Shown here piece after piece: positions 1 through 11,310 of a stretch of DNA of 64,000 bases. The notes under the pieces were generated by a model. It did no database searches and was not told the DNA's origin. It saw nothing but the letters and a program-made list of their open reading frames with translations. The position numbers and the translations under genes were made by a program. Source of the DNA: Lytechinus pictus (taxonomy: Eukaryota); the NCBI RefSeq assembly GCF_037042905.1, contig NC_087251.1, positions 33,978,001 to 34,042,000 of the forward strand, in the 5' to 3' direction. Every line of letters starts with the position of its first letter. Within the stretch, counting starts at the first letter, position 1.

Positions 1-245
1 GAATAGATTTATTTCCATTTATTAAGTCCATGATTCAGCCCATTGGTATTAGTTCTTACTTATCTGTTATTTCGAAAGCTTATTCCGTGATTGGATTTGG
101 AGCTACACTGTGATCGATTTCTCAGGAAAACGAAAGGGGATAAAGGTTGATTTCCATTATTTTTAATTATGCCCCTGTGAGCCAGAATATAATGGAAAAA
201 AAATAATATATATATATTATGTATACAATAGACAGCAGATGTTAG

Positions 246-1368
246 ATTCAGCCCCGTCGCCCATGGATTTGGTGGTGTTACATAGACGACATTTTCTTCA
301 TCTGGACCAGGGATGAAGATAGCCTCCATACATTCATTGACCACATCAATTCCTTCCACAGGACCATCAAGTTCACTTCTGATTTCTCCCAACAGGAAAC
401 CCACTTCCTTGATGTCACAGTCCAGAAAAAGTATAACGGTATCACCACTACCCTATACTCTAAACCCACAGATACCCACCAGTACCTCCACTCATCCAGC
501 TGCCACCCCCGTCACTGCAAAAACGGCATCGCTTACAGTCAAGCCCTCAGACTTCGCCGTATCTGCTCCGAGGACCCTGATTTTTCCTTCCTTGCCAGGA
601 ATTTGCAGAAACATCTCTGTGCCAGGGGCCACGGGGCCAGGGTAGTCCAACTGGCAATTAACAAAGTTCGTTCTCTCCCCAGATCTGAAGTTCTCAAACC
701 AAAAAGTGACAAGGAGACTACCGACAGAATACCGCTTGTGACCACCTTCCATCCCAATCTACCCCCTCTCTGCAAAATCCTGTGTGATAACCACCACATT
801 TTACACACTTCTGATCGTCTCCAACAGGCTGTTCCCGATACACCCCTTCTAGCATACCGACGCCCACCGAATCTCAGGGACCTCATTGTTCGTGCTGAAG
901 TGCCCTCCCTCACTAACCATTCTTCTCCCATACAGCATGGCACCTTCAAATGCACCAGCAACAGGTGCATCATATGTGAAATACACCTTCACGAGGGCGA
1001 CACTTTCACCAGCAACTCTACCAGCCTGTCTCACCAAATCAAGGGCAACATCACATGCACTACCACTAATGTTGTATATCTCATCACTTGCAGAGTTTGT
1101 AGGGTACAATACATAGGGGAAACCAAGACCACACTCAAGAAACGATTCTACGGGCACAGATCCACCGTCAACACAGCAAAGCTGGACACTCCAGTTGGCC
1201 GCCATTTTAACCTTCCCCAACCTCTCCATCACTGACATGATGCTACAGGGCATCGAATCTTTAGGTACCTGTCCTGACTCAGTCCGTACTAGCAGAGAGA
1301 AGCTCTGGATGAGACGACTTCACACCACCCAACCTCATGGCCTGAACATCCAAGAGGGGAACGACTGA
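246..1368 (+). pseudogene. PLE RT/GIY-YIG ORF remnant (frameshifted)
   Basis: One open frame 246-1235 reads PWIWWCYIDDIFFIW (RT catalytic YIDD), FLDV, YSKPTDTHQYLHSSSCHP, a Cys-rich linker KCTSNRCIIC, then VVYLITCRVCRVQYIGET...KRFYGH (GIY-YIG). After a +1 shift in the C-run at ~1215-1218 it continues REKLWMRRLHTTQPHGLNIQEGND* to TGA 1366-1368. Confidence 0.9.
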
Positions 1369-2321
1369 TTATTCTTTCCTATCCACTTTCAATTTATATA
1401 TACATATATATACATATATACTTTCAATTTATATATACATATAATTTTTCCCCTCAGCTCTTTTGAATAGTTACATTTTAGTTTCTTCCTCTACTTTCCT
1501 CCCATATCTCATACAAGCTCAGCTCCAATTTTTCCTTCCTTATTCAGGCGATATAATAATTATTATATATATATTTTTTTTTTCTCCACTCACCTCTTTT
1601 AGATTTACCACATTTGCTTATTTACATGTATACTATGGTTTCTTCATAATACACCCCGTCTCTATATTTGCTTTTACCTTTTTAGGCAATTTGCTTCCTC
1701 TTTTTCACATATACAGGTTTTTTTTTTTTTTTTTTTCCCCTACTTTATAGTCTTATGTTTTTTTCCCGTCACACCTAGCGGATTACAATATCAGTTACAC
1801 CATATGTGTATTTATACTTTTTCATATACATTTCTTTTTTTGATATATTTGTATACATATCACTTATAGATACATATTTACACTTACCTTCTTCTCTTAG
1901 TTTGTTTAATGCTTTATCATATATACTTATATGTCTTTTGCACATTATCAGTTGTTCCCCATTCTTTTCCTTTTTTTCCCCCACTCTTATGCACCAGTTT
2001 ATTATGCCTTTCTTTGTAACCTGTTTGACCCACCTCTCACTAATTCTCTTGTTATTCATCCCTCTATCACTGTTTTGTTCCAGATCCTGTTTGATGTTGC
2101 CTGCCTCATTATCTTAATCCCTCTTGGCTTGAGGTCTTTTACTGGCCTTACTTACACTAACTTCCCTTTGTGTCTGCCTACTCCTTTTCTTTCATCCCCT
2201 TCACTAACCTGATTGGTCTTCTCTACTCACTAATGCCCCTTTTGTCTCCTTGTTTCTAGTGTTGCTGTAGCTTGTTTGTGGTCTATATTATGGTTGTTCC
2301 ACTTTATATGTTTGTCATTTT

Positions 2322-2360
2322 GCCTCTGACGAAGATTCTGCTAGGATCGAAAGCTTAGGC
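2322..2360 (+). ncRNA. Minimal type I hammerhead ribozyme motif (PLE-associated)
   Basis: GCCT-CTGACGA-A-GATTC-tgcta-GGATC-GAAA-GCTT-AGGC: stem I GCCT/AGGC, core CUGAnGA, stem II with one G-U pair, GAAA, palindromic AAGCTT in place of stem III. Confidence 0.8.
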
Positions 2361-2503
2361 CCCCCTTTTTGACTTTCTAATTAACTCCATTGGCTCTCTT
2401 TTATTAGATAAGCAGTTTTCAGCAGCTTCTTTTTACAATAGAATTCCCACATATACTTAGGAAATAATTTTAATATCACTGTATGGAAATGTTTTCCCCC
2501 CAG

Positions 2504-2748
2504 CTTGCCATTTCAGCCATGGGTGCAATAATGAAGCAACTGAAGCGACCCCACAAGATGGTGCCCCTAGACCCGTATGCCACTGCTGGGTGCCCCGCCC
2601 CTCCCGACGATGCCCTGCCCAACCCCGGGGAGAGGGTGGACAACAAGTGGACCCAGTACCAGTGTGACAGGTTACCCACCACCCAAGAGGAGTGGGACCA
2701 GTCTGTCTTTGTGGAGAAGACACACTGGGGCTACTATACCTGGCCCAA
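2504..2748 (+). CDS. PSME4: Proteasome activator PA200/Blm10, internal exon (gene starts upstream of window)
   Basis: cag|CTT...CCCAA|gt; LAISAMGAIMKQLKRPHK...FVEKTHWGYYTWPK resembles vertebrate PSME4 as recalled. Confidence 0.93.
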
Positions 2749-2787
2749 GTAAGTTCTTAGCCCTAAACAATGGATGGTACATGCAAA

Positions 2788-2850
2788 TAATAATGATAAC
2801 GATGATGGTAATAAGGATGATGATGTTGATGATGACGATGATGATGATGA
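2788..2850. repeat. Imperfect (GAT)n microsatellite
   Basis: Run of gat/aat triplets. Confidence 0.8.
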
Positions 2851-3058
2851 CCCAGTATCAGTGTGAAAGAGAATTAACTTAGTATGCAAAGGGTATAAGT
2901 GAATAGTCTTTGATTGAATTTAGGTTGCTTCAAATTTATGAGTTATATGGTTTTAACTTATGGTCAGTATTAGGTTCAATTAGGAATTGGGTTCTCCTCA
3001 TTGAAACAAATCAACTGATGTCCGTTGAATAGTACTTAATTTTTACTATGTGACTTAT

Positions 3059-3320
3059 GACCGGTGTGTTGGCTCAGTTAGTAGAGCGTCCGTCTCACAA
3101 CCGGGAGGTCGGGGGTTCAAATCCCGGCCGCGTCAGACCAAAAGACATTAAAAGATGGGAGTTGCTGCTACCCTGTTTGGCGTTCAACAATTAAAGGGAT
3201 AGAGCCTCGTTGATCTGGCGCTGCACAGCGGCTGCCAGGCCCACGATCAATTGGGCAAAACAAATTATCAGAGTATTTCATTTCTGGTGTCTATTTCGAA
3301 CAATTAAATATGGATTTTAA
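3059..3320 (+). mobile_element. tRNA-derived SINE
   Basis: A-box-like TGGCTCAGTTAG, CTCACAA anticodon-loop-like segment, B-box GGTTCAAATCC, followed by a ~190 bp non-tRNA body and an AT-rich tail. Confidence 0.75.
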
Positions 3321-3372
3321 GATATTGAGATAAGATTATTCAGCAAATTTCAAACAATGCATTTGCTTCCAG

Positions 3373-3568
3373 GAACATGAAGATTTATGCCCCATATGAT
3401 GAACAACCCAAGCTAGACCGTAGCAGAGAGGAGCTGTCAGAGACAGAACAGATCATCTATGATCACTTCAGCAATGCAGAGTTTGTAGATAAACTAGTCG
3501 GATTCCTGTCATTAGAAGACAAGAAAGGAAAGGACAAGTTTGATAACAAGAAGTACACGCTCTTCAAG
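3373..3568 (+). CDS. PSME4: PSME4 exon
   Basis: AG/GT boundaries, phase 2 to 0; NMKIYAPYDEQPKLDRSREE...FLSLEDKKGKDKF...LFK. Confidence 0.93.
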
Positions 3569-3697
3569 GTGAGTGACATGGTACAGGCAAACCAACAAAA
3601 CCAACTCCTAACTGATCAGTGGTCTGTCATTGGTAATAATGTAATACCTGTTGACGGTCCGGAGTTTGATGGTGTGACTGTAGTATTAATAAGGTCC

Positions 3698-3867
3698 GGG
3701 GGCTGTTTCATAAGCTGTTCTTAAGTTAAGAGCGACTTTAAGAATGACTGGTGAATCTTTCTTACGCGCTAAACCATTGCCAGTTTGATATACCATTTAC
3801 CACAAGGAAGGATTACCAGTCCTTAATGTATGTCGCTCTTAACTTGTGAACAGCTTTATGAAACACT
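3698..3867. mobile_element. Fold-back MITE (Harbinger-like termini)
   Basis: TGTTTCATAAGCTGTTC-TTAAGTTAAGAGCGAC ... GTCGCTCTTAACTTG-TGAACAGCTTTATGAAACA inverted arms. Confidence 0.7.
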
Positions 3868-4390
3868 GATCCTGTTTATGAATACATGTATATATCCTTC
3901 TGAAGCAAAAATGTTAGGAAAAACTAGAAATACTAGTGTTCCTTGATGAACAGAATGGTAAAAATATATGTTTATACAATCATCATCACATTCACAGCCA
4001 GGAGACTGGATTACACACAAATTTACACAAATGTACAAATTAACCAGTTCATGCCATAAAAAAAAGATAAATGATTAGAGGAAGGTATGTATGACATGAA
4101 AAAGGAATATAAGAAAAGTGTACATGGAGGGAAAAGTAAAGAATGAAAGGGAACAAGGAGGAAGAGAAGAAGAAAACAACATTGGGGGTTAATTAGATCA
4201 TATCATGCATGCACATGATTATCTAAATGATGATGACGCTGATTATGAGGGTTATACAATAAAATATTATGTGCGGCATATTGTTTGGAGCCAGAGCCTT
4301 TGACTGTTTTTCGCAAATAAATGGCGCAATACAAATACTGTTCATCATCAGCATCATCCTTTGCCTTTTCATTACGGTTTCATATCTCAG

Positions 4391-4543
4391 GGACTGTTCC
4401 GTGACTTTGGGGACACTTTCCTACCCGTCTTCCAGCCCCATATAGAAAGGTTATCCAAAGATTCACAGGAGAGCAGCCAGCGCAGTATGATGGAGATGGT
4501 GGCTGGTGTTATACGAGGCAGCAAGCACTGGGGCTTCCAAAAG
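4391..4543 (+). CDS. PSME4: PSME4 exon
   Basis: 153 nt, phase 0/0; [17 protein letters not shown]...[14 protein letters not shown]. Confidence 0.93.
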
Positions 4544-4994
4544 GTACACTATATCCAATATTGTTTATATCTTTCTGTGCTTATAACCACTTAAATTCGA
4601 ATATATGGCTTACAGCTACAGTTAGTTCACCTTATCTGTCCATGGCATTCCTGTTGTTAATTTAGATTATGCATCATCAATTTTTTGGGGGGTTTGTTTC
4701 GTATATAACTTTATTTGCCAAATGAAATATTGATTAACTTCATGTACGATTACTACCAATATATCTTCAACCTGTTTAACTATTTCTTTTTAAACATGTC
4801 TTTTTGGCTGCATTGCTCATTAAGGCTAGGGCACTGGGGGAGATGTGACATGGTTTGTGAAATGCCACAATCATCCCTGACCAAAATGGAGACCATCATA
4901 AATTGATGAATGTGCATGGCTTATTTGTGTGAGAGTAGAGGTCCTTAGAATCTACTTTGACTTTATAATTTAATCTAATCCTGACATGTTGCAG

Positions 4995-5200
4995 ACCAAG
5001 AACCTTTGGGAGACAGTATTGCTACCTGCCATGAAGACATCGCTATCCCTGGTTACTGCGGAGACCATCATAGACTGGGGGATGTGCATGGCTACGTCAT
5101 GTGAGAGCAGAGATCCAAGGAAGCTACATTGGTTGTGTGAATGGCTAACCCAACAACCAATCAGTGAAGACGAGGAGAGGGGGTCTTTTCTTGATGCTAG
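4995..5200 (+). CDS. PSME4: PSME4 exon
   Basis: TKNLWE...[21 protein letters not shown]...GSFLDA; AG/GT boundaries. Confidence 0.93.
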
Positions 5201-5548
5201 GTAACAACAAATACATGATTGAAATAACTTGAATCATGTATATATCATAGGGCGTTGCAAGAATCTTATATTCAACTCCAAATCAAGCATAAATAATCAA
5301 GTGCAATGCCTGTGAGTAAACAAAAATTTGTTCTTGATTTGCATTCGATTGCAATTCCCATTATGCGTGCTTGGGGGATTATGCTTGACTTGTAATTTGA
5401 AGCTGTCACAACCCATAATTTGTTTTAGATGTGTTTTTTACCTATGGCTGTGTCTTTTTGTGTATATAGTTTATGTATATTTTTTGTCTTTAAAACAAAT
5501 TTCTGCATTGTGGATGCTAATAAATTCTTCTTTTTTTGTGTCCCTCAG

Positions 5549-5680
5549 CCGTCTGTTCATCTTGCAAGGTGGTCTGTTCCAGCAGGAGTGGCGAGTACCG
5601 GGCCTTCATCACAGACTACTAGGCTACATACGACAGCACCTCACACACAGCTACAAGAATGTCAGGGATAAAATTGGCAG
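5549..5680 (+). CDS. PSME4: PSME4 exon
   Basis: [24 protein letters not shown]...YKNVRDKIG; phase 2/2. Confidence 0.93.
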
Positions 5681-6023
5681 GTAAGATGTCTTTGAAAAAT
5701 ATATCTGTGATCATATACTTATTTGTACAGAATGAATTTGTACACTGAGGGTATGAATTTGAGGCTGTCTTAAGGTGTGCTACATGTCAATAAGTTTGTC
5801 TTTGGCCAGGGTATTGCTGTTATTTTCAAGCTCCCCATACCTTCCAGCTCCTAAGAAGTGATGATAATGATGGTCATGATTATGTTGATGATGATTGTTT
5901 GGTGATGATGGTGATAATGATGATACTTATTGTCATGCATTGGTATCATCGTGTTAAGAACCATGGTACCAATCTATAATATGCTTTTATATAATTCAGT
6001 CAGCATTTCCATTTGATCACCAG

Positions 6024-6229
6024 CTTCTTAGTGATGATCTTCATGTATGACAACGCCTGGTCCCAAGAGAACAAGACGGAGTCCCCACATCGTCAAGAGT
6101 TCTTGAAGTCCATCCTTCCTCAAATGGCTCCTCTGGCAAACATTGACGTCTGGGGAGCTATCCAGGTTTCAGATGAACAAAAGGCTGAGGATGATGAGAG
6201 GAAGAAGGTCATTAGGTTATGTAAAACAG
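6024..6229 (+). CDS. PSME4: PSME4 exon
   Basis: FLVMIFMYD...SPHRQEF...EDDERKKVIRLCKT; phase 2 to 1. Confidence 0.88.
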
Positions 6230-6649
6230 GTGAGTGTTCCCTGATTTCTGTGACTTCTCAATGGGTGTAATTTGAGAAAGTTGACTTAAATTAGTATACA
6301 AATGCATAGGTCAGAGTGGGTCGGTAGATATTGTACGAACAAGATAACTTTGGCGTGGTTTTGACTGTAATTCCAGAGTTGACTTGTGCACACATTTCCT
6401 CTGACACAAAAGAAACCTGTTCATCATTTGGTTAATTTCATGTGTGGATAAGACCTAACGCAGGATACCTTAATGGAGATGTATGATTCCCTGCCTGTGG
6501 ATTTATCATTGAATAAACAACATATTTCACATTAGAATTTTAGGCTCTTGGGTCCTTCTCTTAGGGATCGTGATCTAGATCTTTTGGCTACTCTTTCAAA
6601 ACCTGAATAATAGAATGACTTTGCTATTGATTTGATTCCTCTTTCCTAG

Positions 6650-6726
6650 TGATGAAGTGGCTTATCGGAAGCCTTGGAAACCTTGTATCTCCTGCACCTC
6701 AAGAGATCTTTCATTACCTTCCTCTG
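6650..6726 (+). CDS. PSME4: PSME4 exon (not in the ORF track)
   Basis: ttcctag|TGATGAAGTGG...CCTCTG|gtaag; VMKWLIGSLGNLVSPAPQEIFHYLPL; phase 1 to 0 fits both neighbours. Confidence 0.85.
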
Positions 6727-6964
6727 GTAAGCCAACCATCTCTCATAATCCTCTGAATTTTCTTTTATTTGTTTTATTCTGGTTTTATCGATACACACTA
6801 TCAAAAATATGGATAAAAGGACTCGATAATTATGATATAAATACATCTTTCAAAATATGAATTGCACAGTTTTTAACATTTGGAAAAAAAAAGATGAAAA
6901 TCAGTTAAGTATATATAGTGATGTTGTGATGGTGTGCAATGTGTCAATGATGAGAGGGATCATA

Positions 6965-7210
6965 GTGTCATGGTGTAGTTGATCTTACTCCCATCTTTGA
7001 AACAGATGGTCTTGGATTCAAATCCCACCCATCGCATGATTTCCTTCAACCAGAAATGCATCCACATGATGCTGCACTCAACCCAGATGAGGTAAATGAG
7101 TACCTGGCAGGAATTTATTCCTTGGAATGCAGGGTGTGTAATACCCGGTATATGGAGTTTGTCATAAAGAAAACAGTGGTAGGGATCAGTGCACTTAATG
7201 TCTATGTTAT
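6965..7210 (+). mobile_element. Degenerate tRNA-derived SINE
   Basis: TGGTGTAGTTG A-box-like and GATTCAAATCC B-box-like motifs; core CACTCAACCCAGATGAGGTAAATGAGTACCTGG is related to the copy at ~9.9 kb. Confidence 0.55.
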
Positions 7211-7579
7211 GTGTCTTCAGTGTCTTCAGTGTATGGAGAGAGGTGGGGAAAATTAATTATTTTTTACATCAAGGAAAATGGTCCATTTTCATGTCTTTGC
7301 CTGGGATTACTTGTTCCAAAATACATGCTTGATAACTATCAAATGTATTTCAAACAAGTTTTTGGTTGATTTCGGGGGGGGGGGGGGTAGTTGATATGAA
7401 GATATCCACATACATATCTCATCTTGAATTTAATTGTATCAGAATTACCGGTAGCTGCTTTGGTAAAGCCAGGGTAATTGTGCTGCATTATTGTAGATCG
7501 CTTAGAGACTTCTGATACAATAAGGGTTAAGTGCTCTGTAAGTAAGTGTAATCATTATTATAATGTTTATTTATTTCAG

Positions 7580-7708
7580 TTGGCACCCCTTGAAAGCTGT
7601 GAATCAGATGAAGAGCTGAGGTTTGAAGCTGTGATGACCCTAGCTTGTTTAGCCCAGACATTACTCCAACCAGAGACGATACCCCTGATACTCACATCTT
7701 TACAACAG
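7580..7708 (+). CDS. PSME4: PSME4 exon
   Basis: 129 nt, phase 0/0; LAPLESCESDEELRFEAVMTLACLAQTLL...LQQ. Confidence 0.88.
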
Positions 7709-8128
7709 GTACAAATATGATTAACTTATGTTTGTCATTTTACTTTTAAAGTCAAACCTGCTGTTGGTACCACTTGTCTATGAAGACCACCTGTCTGTAA
7801 AGAATGTTTTTCTTATCTTTTCTTAATATATAATATATCCGTAAAAGACAATGTGTCTGTAAAGACTCTTTTTCTTCTTTTTTGTTTTGTTTCCATTGGA
7901 TATTATGGTTCCTCATGGGGGTATGTGTAATCTGAATATGTCCATGTATAGAGTAGACCACTTTCTTTCTTTTTATCGTCAGATCTAGTAGTTTTTAGTG
8001 ATTTTGGTTGGCTAAGTCTGACTGTTACTGTGGTAACTGTCAGAAACTTTGTCAGATAAAACATCTGACAAGTGTTTTTACAAAACTCTCCCTTGAACTT
8101 TACCTTTTACTTGTCTGTATTTCTCAAG

Positions 8129-8284
8129 ATTGGTCAGGGCCAGTCCTGGAGAGCCAAATGCAGTATGTTGGAGTACTTACAGGTGATGGTCTTCTACAAC
8201 CTCTTCACTATCAACAGTCTACCCAGACATATAGAAACCATCGGTCAGATTGTGCTAGACAGACTCAAAGATGACCGCCTTGAG
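8129..8284 (+). CDS. PSME4: PSME4 exon
   Basis: IGQGQSWRAKCSMLEYLQVMVFYNLF...LKDDRLE; 156 nt. Confidence 0.92.
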
Positions 8285-8298
8285 GTAGGGTCAGAGCT

Positions 8299-8665
8299 TG
8301 ATATGGATGATGGTGATGATGGTTCTAGTGATGATGATGATGGTGCTAATAATGATGATGATCATGATGACGATGGTGATGATGATGATGGAGTGCTAAT
8401 GATAATTATGATGGTGATGATGATCATGATCATGATGACGATGGTGATGACAATGATGGAGTGCTAATGATCATTATGATGGTGATGATGATGATTATGG
8501 TGATGATGATGATGATGGTGATGATGATGGAGTGCTAATGATCATTATGATGGTGATGATGATGGTTCTAATGATGATGATGATGGTAAAGGTGATGATG
8601 GTGATGATGACGGTTATGATGATGATGATAATGATGTTAATAATAATGATGGAGATGATAATGTT
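8299..8665. repeat. Long imperfect (GAT/GGT)n microsatellite with repeated GGAGTGCTAATGAT subunits
   Basis: Direct reading; accounts for the poly-D/poly-M tail of ORF 8072..8467. Confidence 0.9.
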
Positions 8666-8916
8666 GAGGACTTCATGGTAATATGTTGTTGGTCGTGCTT
8701 TGAATTACGACAATGATGCTGCTGTTGCTGCTGATGATGGCAATGTTAATTTCAATTTTAGTTATGTCAGTTCTTGAAGTTCATATATGCTGAAGGCAAT
8801 GATGATGTTGATAATGTAGACAAGTGAGCTTTGTTGCTAGTCATTGATGCTGAGAGTATGAACAAGGCTTTATTTACCAGGTCATAAGTGATAATGACTT
8901 CATTTTCCCTATCCAG

Positions 8917-9064
8917 GTAAGAGAGGTAGCAGGGGCAACATTGAGCGGTCTGATCCACTGTGGCTTCCTACCAATGGAAAATGGAATGCAGAGCCACTTT
9001 GAGAACCTTTGTAAGACAAGACTACCCACAAAGAAGGTAGTCAGTTTGGCTGCACCTGCTGGAG
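8917..9064 (+). CDS. PSME4: PSME4 exon
   Basis: VREVAGATLSGLIHCGFL...HFENLCKTRLPTKK; phase 0 to 1. Confidence 0.9.
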
Positions 9065-9501
9065 GTAATGACTTGTCTTTAGATCATACCCCACATCGCC
9101 CCCCCCCCCACCGCCACCGCCTCATGCATCCCTTATATAGCCCTGTCTTTCTCTAATGGATATTCTGAGGTAGTTAGCAAAATCTAAATCATACCATGCC
9201 GTAGAGGTGCTGTGGCCAATTCTGATTAGATATGTGCTCGTATCACGTATCTTCCAAAAAAAAAAAAAGATCTTGTCAAGACTTTCAATTGGAAAGGTCA
9301 ATTGGAATTGAAAATTGTTTTTAAGCATGAAAAACAACTTAATTTTCATATCTCCCCAATGCATACATTGATTAGCTTCATTTAAATTTGTGTGATTATT
9401 CAAGCTTTCCATAATATCAGAGTATATATCCTCCTTGTGATATTGGTAAAATGGGATGTTAGCTGATAAAAATGAGTCTTTCAATTATTCTCTATTCACA
9501 G

Positions 9502-9635
9502 CCATCGTCCAGCGACATGCCGGTATCCTAGGCTTGAGTGCTTGTGTCCAAGCGTATCCCTATGACGTCCCTGAGTGGATGCCACAGATTCTAATGGACC
9601 TTACTGACCACCTACACGATCCCCAACCTATCGAG
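9502..9635 (+). CDS. PSME4: PSME4 exon
   Basis: [44 protein letters not shown]. Confidence 0.95.
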
Positions 9636-9899
9636 GTATGACCTATCAAAATATGTATCCGTTGAACCCCTATAAATAATTTCAAGTGTATACAGGTATG
9701 TCAGTTTTATAACATTGCCAGAGTTACACCATTGCAATTTAATTCCAACCCAATAGTTGTGTTGATGATAACGATATTCCACTTTTATATAACACATAAT
9801 ACGTTGGAACAATGCCTCTCAGCCTTTACAAATAATTTTTTTACCATGGTCATGAGATCCTGACTTGCCCACTCAATTGTTAGGCATATTATATAGACT

Positions 9900-10050
9900 T
9901 TTGCATTCTACTGGGTACCCATTGAACACCTGATAGAGAGTGGCAAAGTGTACATTGACGCTTTGTCTTAGGATGCTAGGTAGGGGGTGAGATTCAACCA
10001 CACGACTCTCTGATTAAACAACGAGAGTCTGAATATTCCACCCACAACAC
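9900..10050 (-). mobile_element. Degenerate tRNA-derived SINE
   Basis: Reverse strand shows a tRNA-like head (GGTTGAATCTC) and CAGGTGTTCAATGGGTACCC core. Confidence 0.5.
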
Positions 10051-10188
10051 TACTGAAAGATAAAATATATTTCAATTATTTTTGGCCTTGATGGGAAAGA
10101 TCTGTTGGTCAGTTTTTTGTTTCACTATTTCTCAAATTGAAAATATTTACATAATTCATTTTGTTTCATTTCTGTTTGCTATCTGTAG

Positions 10189-10323
10189 AAAACAGTACGG
10201 AAGACCCTGTCTGACTTCCGCAGAACGCATCACGACAACTGGCATGAACACAAACAGAGCTTCACAGACGATCAACTTGTAGTACTAACAGATCTTCTAG
10301 TCTCTCCAAACTATTACGCATGA
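10189..10323 (+). CDS. PSME4: PSME4 last coding exon
   Basis: [45 protein letters not shown]-terminal YYA is the HbYX proteasome-docking motif of PA200/Blm10. Confidence 0.96.
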   Translation, partial: KTVRKTLSDFRRTHHDNWHEHKQSFTDDQLVVLTDLLVSPNYYA

Positions 10324-10348
10324 TGAATCCTCCACTATTCTTGTATCC

Positions 10349-10545
10349 CAGGGTGGTGTTTCACAAAACTTTAGTGTGACTAAGATGGCACTTGAATTGC
10401 CAGTTGTGTGCGGTAAATAACGTATCATTACATTGGTCTGATGGTGTTTAGAGGATGTGCACTATTGCGTATTCATCAACGAGGTAACGGAGTAACTATT
10501 CGCACGATGTAAGTCACTCTTAAATCATTGTGAAAGACAACCCTG
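10349..10545. mobile_element. MITE just downstream of the PSME4 stop
   Basis: TIRs CAGGGTGGTGTTTCACAA / TTGTGAAAGACAACCCTG. Confidence 0.7.
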
Positions 10546-10547
10546 AT

Positions 10548-10553
10548 AATAAA
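10548..10553 (+). promoter_or_regulatory. Candidate proximal polyadenylation signal for PSME4
   Basis: First AATAAA seen after the stop, with a GT/T-rich tract downstream; further AATAAA hexamers occur out to ~14480. Confidence 0.35.
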
Positions 10554-11129
10554 AGTATAGATAATTATGTATTTGTTTGCATTTTGAAAGACTGGAACAA
10601 CATGTGTGTTTGAATCTGCTCATCTTGTGATGCATTTGATTGCATTGTGATCAGATACCGCTCGGTCTTAGTCCCAGATTGGCCTTCACCACATTGAATT
10701 CGTTTGGTTTTATTACAGTTGGTCCACATTGCTTGGTCAAGGCTAAATGTTATTTTGTATGATAATCAGTTAGTCTAATTGAAACTTGTTAATCAATTTT
10801 CCGCTTCGTTTAATGGCCGTTCATGTGAGTGTTCTAATAATGTGGGGTAGGCTTAATGGAAATAGTGGGGTGGGGGGGTCTGGACTAGTAAGGCATTTAA
10901 GATGAGGCATTATATTTTCTGTCCCTGCTTTGTAAGAGGGGATTTTTAAGACCTCAATATGATCCTTTTTTTGCAAGTTAAATACTTCAAGGTACATAAA
11001 GATGACAATATTTAAGCATTATAGGTATCCTTACCATAATTTTTTAGTACTTTTAATAATATTAATGTTATACATAGTTCTTATGAGTTGTATTAGGCAA
11101 GCTGTGAATCTTTTGCCGAAAAGCGCAAA

Positions 11130-11310
11130 AGATTGTTTAGTAGAGCAGTGGTCTTGTAATTTGGTAACCTGGGTTCAATACCAAGTTGATGTGCTAGTGC
11201 CCTCTGGTAAGGCATTTAAATGTATACCAGGTCCCTAGGAGAGGACCTCAAGCTGTCAGTCCCCTGGCTGCTTGCTTACAAGCATTCATACTTTCTTAGC
11301 AATCAGGGTA
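11130..11310 (+). mobile_element. Degenerate SINE
   Basis: TTTAGTAGAGCAG...GGGTTCAATACC tRNA-like head plus body. Confidence 0.45.

Larger units (their letters stand above)
232..2400 (+). mobile_element. 5'-truncated Penelope-like retroelement (PLE, probably Neptune-type) in a PSME4 intron, same orientation as the gene
   Basis: RT C-terminal half plus GIY-YIG endonuclease, then ~1 kb pyrimidine-rich 3' region ending in a hammerhead motif. Both boundaries are approximate. Confidence 0.88.

Noticed and set aside
70..85. Second hammerhead (CGAAAGCTT)
   Set aside because: No upstream CTGAnGA core or stem II.
3061..3135. tRNA-Val(CAC)-like gene
   Set aside because: Acceptor stem pairs poorly, there is no oligo-T terminator, and it continues into a SINE body.
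8299..8467. Acidic poly-Asp extension of PSME4
   Set aside because: Lies after the GT donor at 8285 in a GAT microsatellite; the next exon continues the conserved protein.
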